Positions 47,994-59,941 of a stretch of 64,000 nucleotides of DNA are shown piece by piece. Within the stretch, counting starts at the first letter, position 1, and each line of letters opens with the position of its first letter. A program made the position numbers and the translations under genes. The notes under the pieces are model-generated. The model made no database searches. It saw only the letters and a program-made list of their open reading frames with translations, and was not told the DNA's origin. This stretch comes from an uncultured candidate division Zixibacteria bacterium (GTDB lineage: Bacteria; Zixibacteria; MSB-5A5; UBA10806; 4484-95), in contig CAXXKA010000008.1 of NCBI GenBank assembly GCA_963668625.2, forward strand, positions 64,001-128,000, written 5' to 3'.

Positions 47994-48248
47994 CACTAGT
48001 GTCCGGTGTTTTTCGGTAAATTTTCAAATTCTCCTTGGAATTGTTAGTGAAAGATGTTTTCCGATATAATTATTATATTCAGCGTATCATGCATCCTGAC
48101 ACGCCCTGTCGATGTTAGGCTAAGTTCCCTGGTTTCCAAGCGCTGCCTGGCAACCTTCTTGTGTCATGTAGAATGCGCATTCTGCCGGCAAACAAGCCAC
48201 GTTGCGAAGCAGCGCTTCGCAACGAGATGGAAAGGCCGGACAGTGGTG
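47994..48248 (+). mobile_element. MITE family B, copy 1 (255 bp, 13-bp TIR, 9-bp TSD)
   Basis: CACTAGTGTCCGG ... CCGGACAGTGGTG; flanks ACATTAACT / AAATTAACT; homologous to 56149, 60625 and 63951. Confidence 0.85.
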
Positions 48249-48365
48249 AAATTAACTGATAAATCTAGATAAATCGACAATAGTAATTGCCACATTTATA
48301 ATATTTATGTATAATATTTATGACACGGTTCAACAATAAAATTCAATATCAACCGGGAGAATTAC

Positions 48366-48866
48366 ATGACTATCGAGGAAGCTATCAAGCTGGCGCTTGA
48401 ATATGAGGTCAGGGTCCGGGATGCCTATCTTCAGGCGGCTAAAAACTCCAGTGATGACACCGGAAGGAAAATTTTCAAAGTGCTCGGGCAAGAGGAACAA
48501 ACCCACGTTAATTACCTGCGCGAACGCCTTCAGGAATGGCAAAGTACTGGCAAAATCAATACCGAAAAGCTCGATACGCTAGTGCCATCCCCCACGAAAA
48601 TTGCCGAGGGTATGGCAAAATTAGAGCCTAACCTTTCCGGGAAAGTATCAGGTTCCGAAAGAGATTTTCTGGAGAATGCCCTGGCACTGGAAAAGGAGAC
48701 CTCCGCATTTTACGAGAGAATGGTTGCCGAGATGGGCAAAGACGGCGAGGTATTCAACCGCTTCATGGAGATAGAAAGAGGCCATGTGGCAATCGTTCAG
48801 GCCGAGATGGATTACATGAACCAATCGGGCTATTTCTTCGATTTTCAGGATTTCGCGATGGTGTAA
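48366..48866 (+). CDS. Ferritin-like / rubrerythrin diiron-domain protein
   Basis: A...E...Y, EEQTH, ALALE...FY, IERGH (two ExxH motifs). Confidence 0.85.
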   Translation: MTIEEAIKLALEYEVRVRDAYLQAAKNSSDDTGRKIFKVLGQEEQTHVNYLRERLQEWQSTGKINTEKLDTLVPSPTKIAEGMAKLEPNLSGKVSGSERDFLENALALEKETSAFYERMVAEMGKDGEVFNRFMEIERGHVAIVQAEMDYMNQSGYFFDFQDFAMV

Positions 48867-49153
48867 AACGACTATAAAGAGTTTCATGTTTTCAGATATG
48901 CTATTAATTTATATAGTACTATATAATACTAACCACCTCTTATTCAGATACTAATTTAGTTGATAATCCATTGCCTATCAACTGAATACGTGCGCCTCTT
49001 ATATCCTGATCAAATCAGTTGGTATAAGATATCCACCATCATTTTCAGACTGAAACATAAAGCGTTCACTCCAGAATAGAATAACCAATTGTCAAGCAAC
49101 CAATAGCTCAATCCTCCGATACTCTGACAAAAGCGATCAATTAAGGAGGAGTT

Positions 49154-49417
49154 ATGATTTATTGGGGAATTATGCTATTTGCGTTGGGCATGCTCGCGCT
49201 TGCCGATTTCACGGTGACTGGCGGTGAAATATTCGGTTCGATCAACTCGATTATCTTCCTGGCCCTGTCATTCGCGGTATTAATAAGGGTAAGGAATAAA
49301 CAGCGTGAGGGCCAGATCGAGAGACTGAAGTCTGAAAACCAGGAATATAGACGGATACTGGGCCAGCCCGAATCAAGTCAGGAAAATAAGCCAAAAGCCC
49401 AAGAGGCGATGTTTTAA
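49154..49417 (+). CDS. Small two-TM hypothetical protein
   Basis: AAGGAGGA RBS; two hydrophobic helices plus charged tail; followed by terminator. Confidence 0.7.
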   Translation: MIYWGIMLFALGMLALADFTVTGGEIFGSINSIIFLALSFAVLIRVRNKQREGQIERLKSENQEYRRILGQPESSQENKPKAQEAMF

Positions 49418-49445
49418 GTCATCCGGGCAATGAGGGTGAAAGTTT

Positions 49446-49472
49446 AAAAGGCGCTCAACAGGGCGCTTTTTT
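49446..49472. terminator. Bidirectional rho-independent terminator
   Basis: AAAAGGCGCTC-aaca-GGGCGCTTTTTT. Confidence 0.75.
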
Positions 49473-49720
49473 ATTTCCCTCTGCGGCCTGGTGGAACACC
49501 GGATATGCAATACAGGGTCATATGAGAGGAGATTTTCCGTAGGCAGACAGATTACCACGTCACCTTTGGGTTTCCCCGCTCACTCTGATTCGTTCCGGAA
49601 TATCAACCATACTTTCACCTACTTCGATGACAACCTCAGGACACGACCAAAGCACTCTGATTTTCAATTAAAACTATTACGTTGTATCAGGACATTCCAA
49701 TCGACCACGATCCATCCGAA
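49473..49720 (+). mobile_element. Probable IS110-family remnant: non-coding left end plus decayed transposase start
   Basis: GC-richer structured tract with TGGTGG..AATACAGGGTCA..CAGATTAC; frameshifted TATTACGTTGTATCAGGACATTCCAATCGACCACGAT resembles YYVGIDI.K..H. Confidence 0.4.
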
Positions 49721-49840
49721 TGAAATAAGTGGACTTGTTGCCGGCTATAAATAAATCGGGATGTATTCGAACTTTTATAGGGAACTTAGGATCGATCATA
49801 CAAAGTATTTATACTGAAAATGCAAATTCAAAAGGAGTAA

Positions 49841-50545
49841 TTGATGAACTCTTATAATAAGACCGCAAAAATCGCCGGGTTTGGTTATCTGATTATAATA
49901 ATAGCCGGCATATTCTCCGAGTTTTTCATTCGCTCGAGCCTGATCATTACAGGTGATGCCGCGACTACCGCCGCTAATATATCAGCCTCCGAAAGTCTGT
50001 TTCGTATCAGCATTGGCGGTGATCTTGTCATGTTGCTGTTTGATGTCATTCTAGCCCTGGCGTTGTATGTACTGCTCAAACCCGTTAATAAGGGGCTGGC
50101 GTTGCTGGCGGCATTTTTTCGTCTGGTTCATGCAGCCATCTATGGTGCGAATCTTCTGAACCTGTATTTTGTCTCTCGACTGGCAAGCGGCGCTACGTTC
50201 ATGCAATCATTCGATACCAGCCAAATTCAGGAACTGATAATGCTGTTTTTGAATGCCCATAGTTTCGGCTATGTCATCGGCCTGGTGTTTTTCGGGATTC
50301 ATTGTTTGATACTGGGTTACCTTATTTATGAATCAGGCTATTTTCCGAGAATATTGGGGGTGCTAATTCTGCTTGCCGGCCTGGGTTACCTCATAGACTG
50401 CTATGCCAATATACTGATGTTAAACTACGCCCGTTATGCCGATATTTTCGCTATGATAGTTTTCATCCCGGCAGTCGTGGGTGAGCTTTCTCTAAGCTTG
50501 TATCTATTGATAAAGCGGATAAACATTCCCGAAATTCAGACGTAA
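49841..50545 (+). CDS. DUF4386 family membrane protein
   Basis: A.IAG..YL, GDAA.TA.NI, LY.LLKPVN, S...PR.LG, GEL...LYLL.K. Confidence 0.85.
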   Translation: MMNSYNKTAKIAGFGYLIIIIAGIFSEFFIRSSLIITGDAATTAANISASESLFRISIGGDLVMLLFDVILALALYVLLKPVNKGLALLAAFFRLVHAAIYGANLLNLYFVSRLASGATFMQSFDTSQIQELIMLFLNAHSFGYVIGLVFFGIHCLILGYLIYESGYFPRILGVLILLAGLGYLIDCYANILMLNYARYADIFAMIVFIPAVVGELSLSLYLLIKRINIPEIQT

Positions 50546-50652
50546 TATCAGCCATCCAGATATTTGAGAGAATCCGAATTTGTGTTCTTAAAAAATCCAT
50601 TTTTTCGGGTTGATTTTGACACCTTTATTTGGCTTATTTAGTTATATGGTGA

Positions 50653-50670
50653 ATGTGAATAATTTCTCAA
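50653..50670 (+). promoter_or_regulatory. Rex/CRP-like palindromic operator upstream of fprA
   Basis: ATGTGAA-TAAT-TTCTCAA vs Rex consensus TTGTGAA-N4-TTCACAA (2 mismatches). Confidence 0.4.
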
Positions 50671-50777
50671 AGATGGATGGCCGGAGGTATCTCCACAGGG
50701 TTTCAGGGAACGATTTCACCGAAGACATTGTAAATGCGAGCCGCTAAAACCGGCGTAAAAATAAAGGGAATAAATAG

Positions 50778-51980
50778 ATGAAAGCACATGCCGTAAAGCT
50801 TACCGATAAAGTTTACTGGGTAGGAGCAATCGATTGGAGCCTGAAAGAGTTTCATGGCTACGATACGCAGGGCACTACTTATAACGCATATCTTATTCTA
50901 GCCGATAAGATCACACTGATCGATACGGTCAAAGCCGAATTCAAAGATGAACTTCTGGCGCGAATCTCCTCAGTAATCGAGCCCGAGAAGATCGACTATA
51001 TAGTATCCAACCATGCCGAGATGGATCATTCGGGCAGCTTACCGGAGATGATACAACGTATAATGCCCGAAAAAGTATTCGCCTCCAAAGAAGGTGTCAA
51101 AGCCTTAATCGAGCATTTCGAGCTACCGGTGGAGGTAAACGAGGTCAGCGCCGGGGATGAGCTAAGCCTGGGCAACCTCAATCTGTCGTTTATCGAAACC
51201 CGGATGATACACTGGCCCGATTCGATGTTTACCTATCTCAAAGAGGAGGGTGTGCTGTTCTCGCAGGATGCTTTCGGGATGCATCTGGCCTCGACCGAGC
51301 GTTTCGACGATCAAATCAAACCCGGCAAAATCGAATATGAGGCGGCAAAGTACTACGCCAATATTATTAACCCGTACTCCAATCTCGTTGCCAAGCTGAT
51401 GGATAAACTACCGGGATTGAATCTCGATATCAAACTGATCGCCCCCGATCATGGGCCGGTATGGCGTTCGCATATCGAGGATGCTTTTAAATGGTATCGT
51501 CAGTGGTCGAAACCCGAAAGAACGAAAAAGGCGCTGGTGGTGTACGAGACGATGTGGCATTCCACCGAGAAGATGGCCTCCGCTATAGCAGAGGGCTTGA
51601 TAGAAGGCGGCGCGATTCCGAAAATAATGCCGCTCGATACTTTCCACAGCAGCGATATCGTCACCGAGCTTCTGGATGCCGGCGCGCTGGTGCTGGGTTG
51701 CCCGACATTTAACTCGGCTCTTTTGCCACCGGTAGCGGCATTCCTGGAATACGCCCGGGGTTTGAAATTCCGGCACATGATGGGAGCCTCGTTCGGCTCG
51801 TACGGCTGGAGCCCGAAATCGGTGAAACTGATGAATGAAGCGTTCGAAAACATGCGGATTGAATTGGCTCACGAGGGGATGCAAACCAAGTATGTCCCCA
51901 ATGATGAGGCGATGCAGGAGTGTTTCGATATGGGGCTGGCGATTGCGAAGAAGTTAACTAATACAACACAGGAGGGTTAA
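50778..51980 (+). CDS. fprA: Flavodiiron protein (A-type flavoprotein)
   Basis: [34 protein letters not shown], flavodoxin Y.TMW.ST and FGSYGWS. Confidence 0.95.
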   Translation: MKAHAVKLTDKVYWVGAIDWSLKEFHGYDTQGTTYNAYLILADKITLIDTVKAEFKDELLARISSVIEPEKIDYIVSNHAEMDHSGSLPEMIQRIMPEKVFASKEGVKALIEHFELPVEVNEVSAGDELSLGNLNLSFIETRMIHWPDSMFTYLKEEGVLFSQDAFGMHLASTERFDDQIKPGKIEYEAAKYYANIINPYSNLVAKLMDKLPGLNLDIKLIAPDHGPVWRSHIEDAFKWYRQWSKPERTKKALVVYETMWHSTEKMASAIAEGLIEGGAIPKIMPLDTFHSSDIVTELLDAGALVLGCPTFNSALLPPVAAFLEYARGLKFRHMMGASFGSYGWSPKSVKLMNEAFENMRIELAHEGMQTKYVPNDEAMQECFDMGLAIAKKLTNTTQEG

Positions 51981-51984
51981 AAAT

Positions 51985-52140
51985 ATGTACGTATGTACGA
52001 TCTGCGGTTACCTTTACGATCCCGACACCGGCGATGTCGATCATGATATCTCTCCCGGCACTCGTTTCGAGGACTTACCCGAGGACTGGAAATGCCCGCG
52101 CTGCGGAGCAACCAAGATGGATTTCAAATATTTGAAATAA
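51985..52140 (+). CDS. Rubredoxin (51 aa; below ORF-track cut-off)
   Basis: Hand translation [17 protein letters not shown]...[28 protein letters not shown]; GGAGG RBS. Confidence 0.95.
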   Translation: MYVCTICGYLYDPDTGDVDHDISPGTRFEDLPEDWKCPRCGATKMDFKYLK

Positions 52141-52156
52141 AGTTAACGAGTACCGC

Positions 52157-52188
52157 ACGGTCGGCCAGAATTGGCCGGCCGTTTTTTT
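52157..52188 (+). terminator. Rho-independent terminator after fprA-rubredoxin
   Basis: ACGGTCGGCCA-gaat-TGGCCGGCCGT followed by TTTTTT. Confidence 0.8.
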
Positions 52189-52198
52189 ACTTGGCCAA

Positions 52199-53269
52199 TC
52201 ACCGGGGCAGATTCTCGTCCCAGTTCATCACATTATACTTATTACAGATTTCGATCGCCCTGTCGATCGGCAAAGCCTCAACCCTGTTACCGTTAAACCC
52301 TATCGTGGTGGTAGCCATCACAAGCGAGTTATAAATAGCCTCCTCGGTGGACTCTACACAGGCTAAAAATAGAGGGTTCATCATATCGTTACTTAACCGT
52401 GAGGCGGTTCGCCCGGCGGTGGAAAAAGCTATCACGTAATCACCGCTACCGTTGGCGCAGAACGAACCTGTTCGTGCCATACCAAGAATAGCTCGTTTGG
52501 CCAGACGTTTCAAATTACGGCTTCCCAGGGGAGCATCGGTAGCTACAATTATCATACAGGAGCCATCCTCCGTATTGGGCTTGTCGGCCGGCTTATGGAA
52601 CCGGTTTAACTCGCGACCGACCGGCGCACCGTTAATTTGGAGTATACCGCCGAAATTGGTTTGAACCAGCACACCCAGTTTATGGCCGCCTATTCGCGAG
52701 GGCGTAACTCTCGAGGCTGTTCCGATGCCGCCTTTGAATCCGAAACAAACGGTACCGGCGCCCGCTCCAACACAGCCCTCCTCGACCATCCCCGGTCGCG
52801 CGTTCCTGATCGCCTCCGCCACCTCCTCGGATCCCAGTACTCGCTGTCGAATATCGTTAAGCAGGCTGTCATTGGTTTCACCGATCACCGGATTTACGGA
52901 CCGTATATGCTCGTTGCCAGGCAAGCTGAGCATAAACTCGACCAGGCCATCGGCGACCCTACCAATGTTTAACGTGTTGGTCAGGAGAATCGGCGTATGG
53001 ATTTCGCCGAACTCCTCGACCTGGGTGTAACCGAGAAGTTTACCCCGGCCGTTTTCCGCGTGAACCGCTGCTTTCACGGGTTGGGCGTGAAGGTTACCCG
53101 AGTGAGGAAGTATGGCGGTTATTCCGGTTCTGATATTTTCTCCCCGGAAAGCGGTGTAGTGACCTACCTCCACTCCCTCTATATCGGTGATAGCATTGTA
53201 TTCCCCGGTCGGTAATATGCCCGTAGCAATGCCCAGTTCGCGAATTCTCCTTTTATTATTATTGGTCAT
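52199..53269 (-). CDS. dmpA: DmpA/P1 family aminopeptidase (S58)
   Basis: NAITDI.GV.VGH, RTG.TAILP, GETND, VGAGAG, KGGIGTASR, VQTNFG, DGSC cleavage site, GSGDY. Confidence 0.92.
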   Translation of the reverse strand: MTNNNKRRIRELGIATGILPTGEYNAITDIEGVEVGHYTAFRGENIRTGITAILPHSGNLHAQPVKAAVHAENGRGKLLGYTQVEEFGEIHTPILLTNTLNIGRVADGLVEFMLSLPGNEHIRSVNPVIGETNDSLLNDIRQRVLGSEEVAEAIRNARPGMVEEGCVGAGAGTVCFGFKGGIGTASRVTPSRIGGHKLGVLVQTNFGGILQINGAPVGRELNRFHKPADKPNTEDGSCMIIVATDAPLGSRNLKRLAKRAILGMARTGSFCANGSGDYVIAFSTAGRTASRLSNDMMNPLFLACVESTEEAIYNSLVMATTTIGFNGNRVEALPIDRAIEICNKYNVMNWDENLPR

Positions 53270-53785
53270 ATCTCACTTCCTGCTTCAGATATTTTGTCTT
53301 ATTTAAATTTCTTTTCTAATATGGATTAAACCGGTAGAATCGTTCAGTTTCAAATAGAAAAATGCCTCCCTACTTACCTCGATCCGTAACCTGGAGCAGC
53401 ATTACTGTTTAGCAAATAATAAGGGTAGAGGTGATAACGGTCAAAGTATCTTTTGAGTTAATACTCGATGGTTGATGCATTTTTTCAGTCAGCAGATCGA
53501 GCCGGGAAATAAGCTTGATATATATTTAGTGCTTGTTTTTTAGCAGCGATTTATTATTTTATACACAACAAACGAATAAATCAGCGATACTCTCGCGGAT
53601 TTTCAATGGGGCATTAACCGGGGAACCAGAGAAATAAACTTTACAACGTTAAGGAGCCCTTTTTAACTAACAGTTAAAGTATCTTAAAAAAACAATCTAT
53701 AATTTTTACCTCTGAGGCTTATAGCATCAACGGTATTGCATCTGTGGGGAGTTTCTCGGGGGAAACCTGATATTGAGGTTTACCC

Positions 53786-55033
53786 ATGAGTCATGCTGTA
53801 AAGTCTAGCGCATATAGTAGTTGGGTATATTCAACTCGTTTACATGTGTTCATGTATTCGATGTTGTTAATTGCTACACCATTTATCTTATTACGGAATT
53901 ATCTCGTACAGGGTATAGCTCTGTTCTCCGACTCATCGGCTACGTTTCTCGGTATAGAATTCAAGATCGTACCGGTGGCGGCGGCTATAGCATTGGTCAC
54001 ATTGCTCATAATATTCAAAGCTCGGATCACGAAACTGCGTGCATTATCTTTAGGGCTTGCAATCGTTATCATTGCGTTGGCGCAGCAGATAACGGACTAC
54101 TACTTCGGCCATAAATTTTACGATCTCCAACAGAACTGGCATTATCTCGCTTACGGAATCTACTCTTATATTATCTATCGCGATCTCGCGCCTCGCGGTA
54201 TGCCGTTGTATAAAGTGATTCTTATCACCTATTTCTCCGCCATGGTGTTGTCATCTTTCGACGAGATAATCCAGGTGTTTATCAGTAATCGGATTTTCGA
54301 TGTTTGCGATATCGGCAAGGATGTTACGGGCGTTTACATGGGCATGGTAATGACTTATTTCGGTGGAATATATTCATCCACGTTCTTAAAAGATTGGCGT
54401 AACATCCGCCATAAAAACGCGAAAGGTTACTACCGTCACCCGTTCACCTCGATGATGTTATTGTTCGTATTAACATTCATATTTCTCGGTTACGGTTCGA
54501 TACTCAGTGATTCGCAGTACTGGCTTTTGGTAGTAGGCTTGACAATCGGGACATTTTCGATATTTCTGGGAATACTCCATCTCAGTCAATATAAAAAAGC
54601 AGCTTATACCATGATAACGATAGCCATCGTTCTGGTGTCGGTTCAGGGCTTTTTCATAGTCAAAAACCTCGACAGGGGCATAACCTATAACCGCTATGGC
54701 TTAACCGTGTACAAAGGTATTCCGATACCTTTTTTCGATGTAATGATTTTTCCCAACGGTATGTTTCGTCCGGTCGACAAGAAACATTATTTCAACCAGC
54801 GAGATCGTGAATTTCTGATGAAGCAGAAATCCGATATTATTTTAATTGGAAGCGGGATGTACGGTAAAGGCGGCAAAGGCTTCAACAGCAAAGAACTCGA
54901 ATTTATCTATAATCCCAATACCAGGAAAGCTACACAGGTAATCATTCAGAAAAATACGGATGCATATAAAACTTTCAATCGCTTAAAAAGAGAGAACAAA
55001 AATGTTTTGTTTATTTTGCACAATACCTGCTGA
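53786..55033 (+). CDS. VanZ-like multi-TM protein fused to C-terminal Mth938-like domain
   Basis: WHYLAYG...SFDE..Q.F...R.FD..D (VanZ-like); DVMIFPNG...H...IILIGSG...ILHNTC (Mth938-like). Confidence 0.65.
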   Translation: MSHAVKSSAYSSWVYSTRLHVFMYSMLLIATPFILLRNYLVQGIALFSDSSATFLGIEFKIVPVAAAIALVTLLIIFKARITKLRALSLGLAIVIIALAQQITDYYFGHKFYDLQQNWHYLAYGIYSYIIYRDLAPRGMPLYKVILITYFSAMVLSSFDEIIQVFISNRIFDVCDIGKDVTGVYMGMVMTYFGGIYSSTFLKDWRNIRHKNAKGYYRHPFTSMMLLFVLTFIFLGYGSILSDSQYWLLVVGLTIGTFSIFLGILHLSQYKKAAYTMITIAIVLVSVQGFFIVKNLDRGITYNRYGLTVYKGIPIPFFDVMIFPNGMFRPVDKKHYFNQRDREFLMKQKSDIILIGSGMYGKGGKGFNSKELEFIYNPNTRKATQVIIQKNTDAYKTFNRLKRENKNVLFILHNTC

Positions 55034-55082
55034 GGATAAAAGCGAAAAAAATAATAGTCGTAAAACGAAAAAAAAATCGGTT

Positions 55083-55961
55083 ATGAGATCGCTGGTGACC
55101 TGGTCCCTGGTATTTATCTGGGTCTTTCTAATCGCCTTTGGCCTGGTATCGGCAACCAGCCCCTCGTGGTTGGATGGTTTTGCCAAACATGGCCGGGAGG
55201 GCGAATCTCGTCAGATAAAAGATCGCGGCGACTTCTTATTGAGAGACAGGAATTACCCGTTAGCATTGGCTCAATATCGGCGGGCTCTGGAGATAAATCC
55301 CGACTTCACGGGCGCTATAGTCAATTCTGCGATTGCTTTCAATAAAAGCGGTGAGCCCGAAAAGGGTATAAAACTTCTCAGAGAGGCAATCAAAAACGAT
55401 CCTAATCATCCCGGTATGATTTATTTCAATATAGGTGAGATCTATCATGACATGAAGCAATACGAAAAAGCAACCGAGTACTATTACAAAGCTCTCGGCG
55501 CGGACTGCGATCCGATCTTGACATTGAAAAAACTTCTCATGCTTTACATGCAGACCAAGCAGCATGATAAGTCACAAGAAACGGCACGCAAATTATTAGA
55601 GTATCAAAACGATCCCTTAACCCCATACAAGAGTATGCTATATAAGTATTCAACTATTTACGAAAATAAATCCGAGCATTACGAGTTTTTCGAAAATCTT
55701 CGCGAAAACGGGATTACTGCCGACCAATTAGCGGAATACGATTTGGAGGTAATCAGAGACTTGAGCAGCAGCGACCCCGAAGTAGCGAAAACTCATAACA
55801 ACCTGGCCTTCATTTACGCATTAAGCGGAGATATCGATAAAGCAATCGAACATTTCGAGGAATCAGAGCGTATCTGGCCCGGCAATAGAGATGCCGTAAA
55901 GAATCTAAAATACCTGAGACATGCGAAAAACAACGAACGCCTGGCGACGACATCGAAATAA
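55083..55961 (+). CDS. Membrane-anchored TPR protein
   Basis: N-terminal TM; A...YRRALEINP, YFNIGEIY, HNNLAFIY..GDIDKAI..F; ATG 55083. Confidence 0.82.
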   Translation: MRSLVTWSLVFIWVFLIAFGLVSATSPSWLDGFAKHGREGESRQIKDRGDFLLRDRNYPLALAQYRRALEINPDFTGAIVNSAIAFNKSGEPEKGIKLLREAIKNDPNHPGMIYFNIGEIYHDMKQYEKATEYYYKALGADCDPILTLKKLLMLYMQTKQHDKSQETARKLLEYQNDPLTPYKSMLYKYSTIYENKSEHYEFFENLRENGITADQLAEYDLEVIRDLSSSDPEVAKTHNNLAFIYALSGDIDKAIEHFEESERIWPGNRDAVKNLKYLRHAKNNERLATTSK

Positions 55962-56148
55962 AATGGTTTTTCGTTTTTGATTTCAGTAGAGGTGTTATTG
56001 TTTTCAATAATCATTTTCCCGATTTTAACTCCGTAAAATAATTACAATAGCAAATCGATCACGGAAATCAGCAAATTATTTTTCGATGATATTACTATTG
56101 CATGTATATCATTTTTATTATTTCCGGTTCTACGTGTATATGGTTTTT

Positions 56149-56347
56149 CACTACTGTCCGGTTTTTTTCGGTCTATTTTAAATTTCTCATTGGGATTAGT
56201 AGTGAAAGATATTTTCCGATATAATTATATATTCATCGTATCATGCATCCAGGTATATCCTGGCGATGCCAGGCTCGGTTCCCTGGTTTCCAAACGCTGC
56301 CTGGAAACCTTCTTGAGTCATGTAAAATGCGCATTCTGGCGGTAAAC
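56149..56347 (+). mobile_element. MITE family B, copy 2 (3'-truncated)
   Basis: Starts CACTACTGTCCGG; aligns to 47994 up to ATGCGCATTCTG, then diverges. Confidence 0.8.
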
Positions 56348-56530
56348 GCGGGGCAACCGCTTACTCGCAATATGATGAGTAACTCTATAAGAGGATTCAA
56401 GTACAATGGCTTGAACCGCTCTTTAGATTTACGTATCGCGCGTTTACGCAAAAAGCCAGGTGATAGCGGATGTCAACCGCGCCTGATTAAATCCGTCAGA
56501 AGTGTTGGCTACATGCTGGTTCGCGAGTAA
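56330..56530 (+). pseudogene. OmpR/RstA-type winged-helix C-terminal fragment
   Basis: LAVNAGQPLTR...RG..YNGLNRSLDLRIARLRKK.GD....PRLIKSVR.VGYML; no receiver domain. Confidence 0.75.
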
Positions 56531-56890
56531 TGGTATACTGATAACTTTGCTCATGAGCAATTCCTATAATCTCCTCGTTTGTGATAATACTCCTATATGA
56601 GATAAAAACACCAATAATCAAGCGTCCTGAGCCCGGGTAACCGACTAAAACCATATCATGGCTATTAATATTCTTCGCTGAATGAAACCTGCACAAATGC
56701 ACACAATAACACATGTCCACGAATATCCGGAACCGGCAGTTCATGATTCCCGTATCTGTTTTTCTAACCTCTTATTAATTAACATATTAGGAATTAAAAT
56801 ATTTTAAGAAAAGCTTGCATTTTAAGCTAATATTTGGTATTATTATCTTTTGCCTTATGGAGGTAATGTCACGGGTGTGACTGGAATTTT

Positions 56891-57181
56891 GTGGCTAAAG
56901 AAAACGTAATTAGAATTGGCGATCTGCTGAAAAAGACCCTGCAATCGGCTGGTATAGCCGAGCGGGTCGACCGTCAGGCCGCCATTGTTTTCTGGGAGGA
57001 GATCGTCGGGCCAAAGCTGGCCGAAAAGACTAAAGCGTTACGAATAGAGAGGGATGTGCTGAAAGTCAAGGTCGTATCAGCGCCCTGGCGTAACGAGCTG
57101 ATCTTTTTTAAAGAGGACATTTTAAGGAAAATAGCCGAGAGAATCGGCGAGGGAAAAGTAAAGGATATCGTTTTTTACTAA
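56891..57181 (+). CDS. DUF721 / DciA family protein
   Basis: W.EIVG..LA..T.A......L.V.V.SA.W..EL motif; directly upstream of gyrB. Confidence 0.85.
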   Translation: MAKENVIRIGDLLKKTLQSAGIAERVDRQAAIVFWEEIVGPKLAEKTKALRIERDVLKVKVVSAPWRNELIFFKEDILRKIAERIGEGKVKDIVFY

Positions 57182-57331
57182 TAGGGCTAAAAGGAACAAT
57201 ACGGATTAACACGATCACTAAAACTATGGAATATCCGGTCCGCGAAAGCGATTTCTCTCGATGGGAGAATTGCTGATAGCTGAAAGGCCAGGTTTAGCGA
57301 GTTGTTTTACCGCCTGATAGCGAGGAAATAG

Positions 57332-59287
<1,956 letters not shown>

Positions 59288-59491
59288 ACAGCGGGATATT
59301 ATCGCGGAGCTGTAGCGTATTAAGTTCTCGCATTAACATCTGTTATATTTTCATATAGTATAAGATATTTTGATATTCGTATTAATCCGGTTTCATTTCG
59401 GATAAAGGTCATAGTTCTTTTAAATCGGGTTTGCTGATATACCGAAACAGTAACAGGGGGAAAATTATACAGAACATGATTATTAACATCC

Positions 59492-59941
59492 GTGGGTAAT
59501 TTAAATATGATTTTCAAGTGGTCCGAAAAACTTATTTGTGGTAATCCTATAATCGATTTCCAACATCGTTTTCTGTTCAAAGTTATGGATAATGTCAAAC
59601 ACGATATCAAAAAAGGCAAATCGATCGAAGCCGCCAAAGAGATGATCCATTTTCTCAAAGTATACTTCATCGAGCATTTCGGTGATGAGGAGCAAATAAT
59701 GGCTGAAACCGGGTACCCGAAAATCCGCGAACATAAGACTGAGCATAGAAAAATAAGGTCCGAAGCTTTTCGGATGATTCGATTACTGGAAAAGTCAAAC
59801 TACAGCGCCAGCCGCGTGTACGATACTTTCTTGTCCGCTCGGGATTGGCTGCAAATTCATTTAAAGGATTACGACCAGGAATTGATAGATTATCTGCAGA
59901 AATACTACGATGAATACCATAGAAGCAAGCAATTGAAATAA
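59492..59941 (+). CDS. Bacteriohemerythrin 1 (start may be 59507)
   Basis: ID.QH, EHF.DEE, H...H, H....D ligand set complete. Confidence 0.9.
   Translation: MGNLNMIFKWSEKLICGNPIIDFQHRFLFKVMDNVKHDIKKGKSIEAAKEMIHFLKVYFIEHFGDEEQIMAETGYPKIREHKTEHRKIRSEAFRMIRLLEKSNYSASRVYDTFLSARDWLQIHLKDYDQELIDYLQKYYDEYHRSKQLK

Noticed and set aside
48054-48272. Similar small ORFs at 48054, 56243 (N-terminal part) and 60630 as a peptide family
   Set aside because: Similarity derives from MITE B; starts and frames differ between copies and no RBS is evident
49491-49754. 87-aa ORF in the 49.5-kb gap
   Set aside because: GTG start without RBS directly after a terminator and no family signal; better explained as non-coding or IS remnant
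50680-50740. Glycine riboswitch before fprA (TTTCAGG, CACCGAAG)
   Set aside because: Elements are in the wrong order and GGAGA is missing
55025-55040. TGA after ...HNTC as a selenocysteine read-through into the TPR gene
   Set aside because: HxTC-stop is the normal end of Mth938-like domains, and the TPR ORF is in another frame
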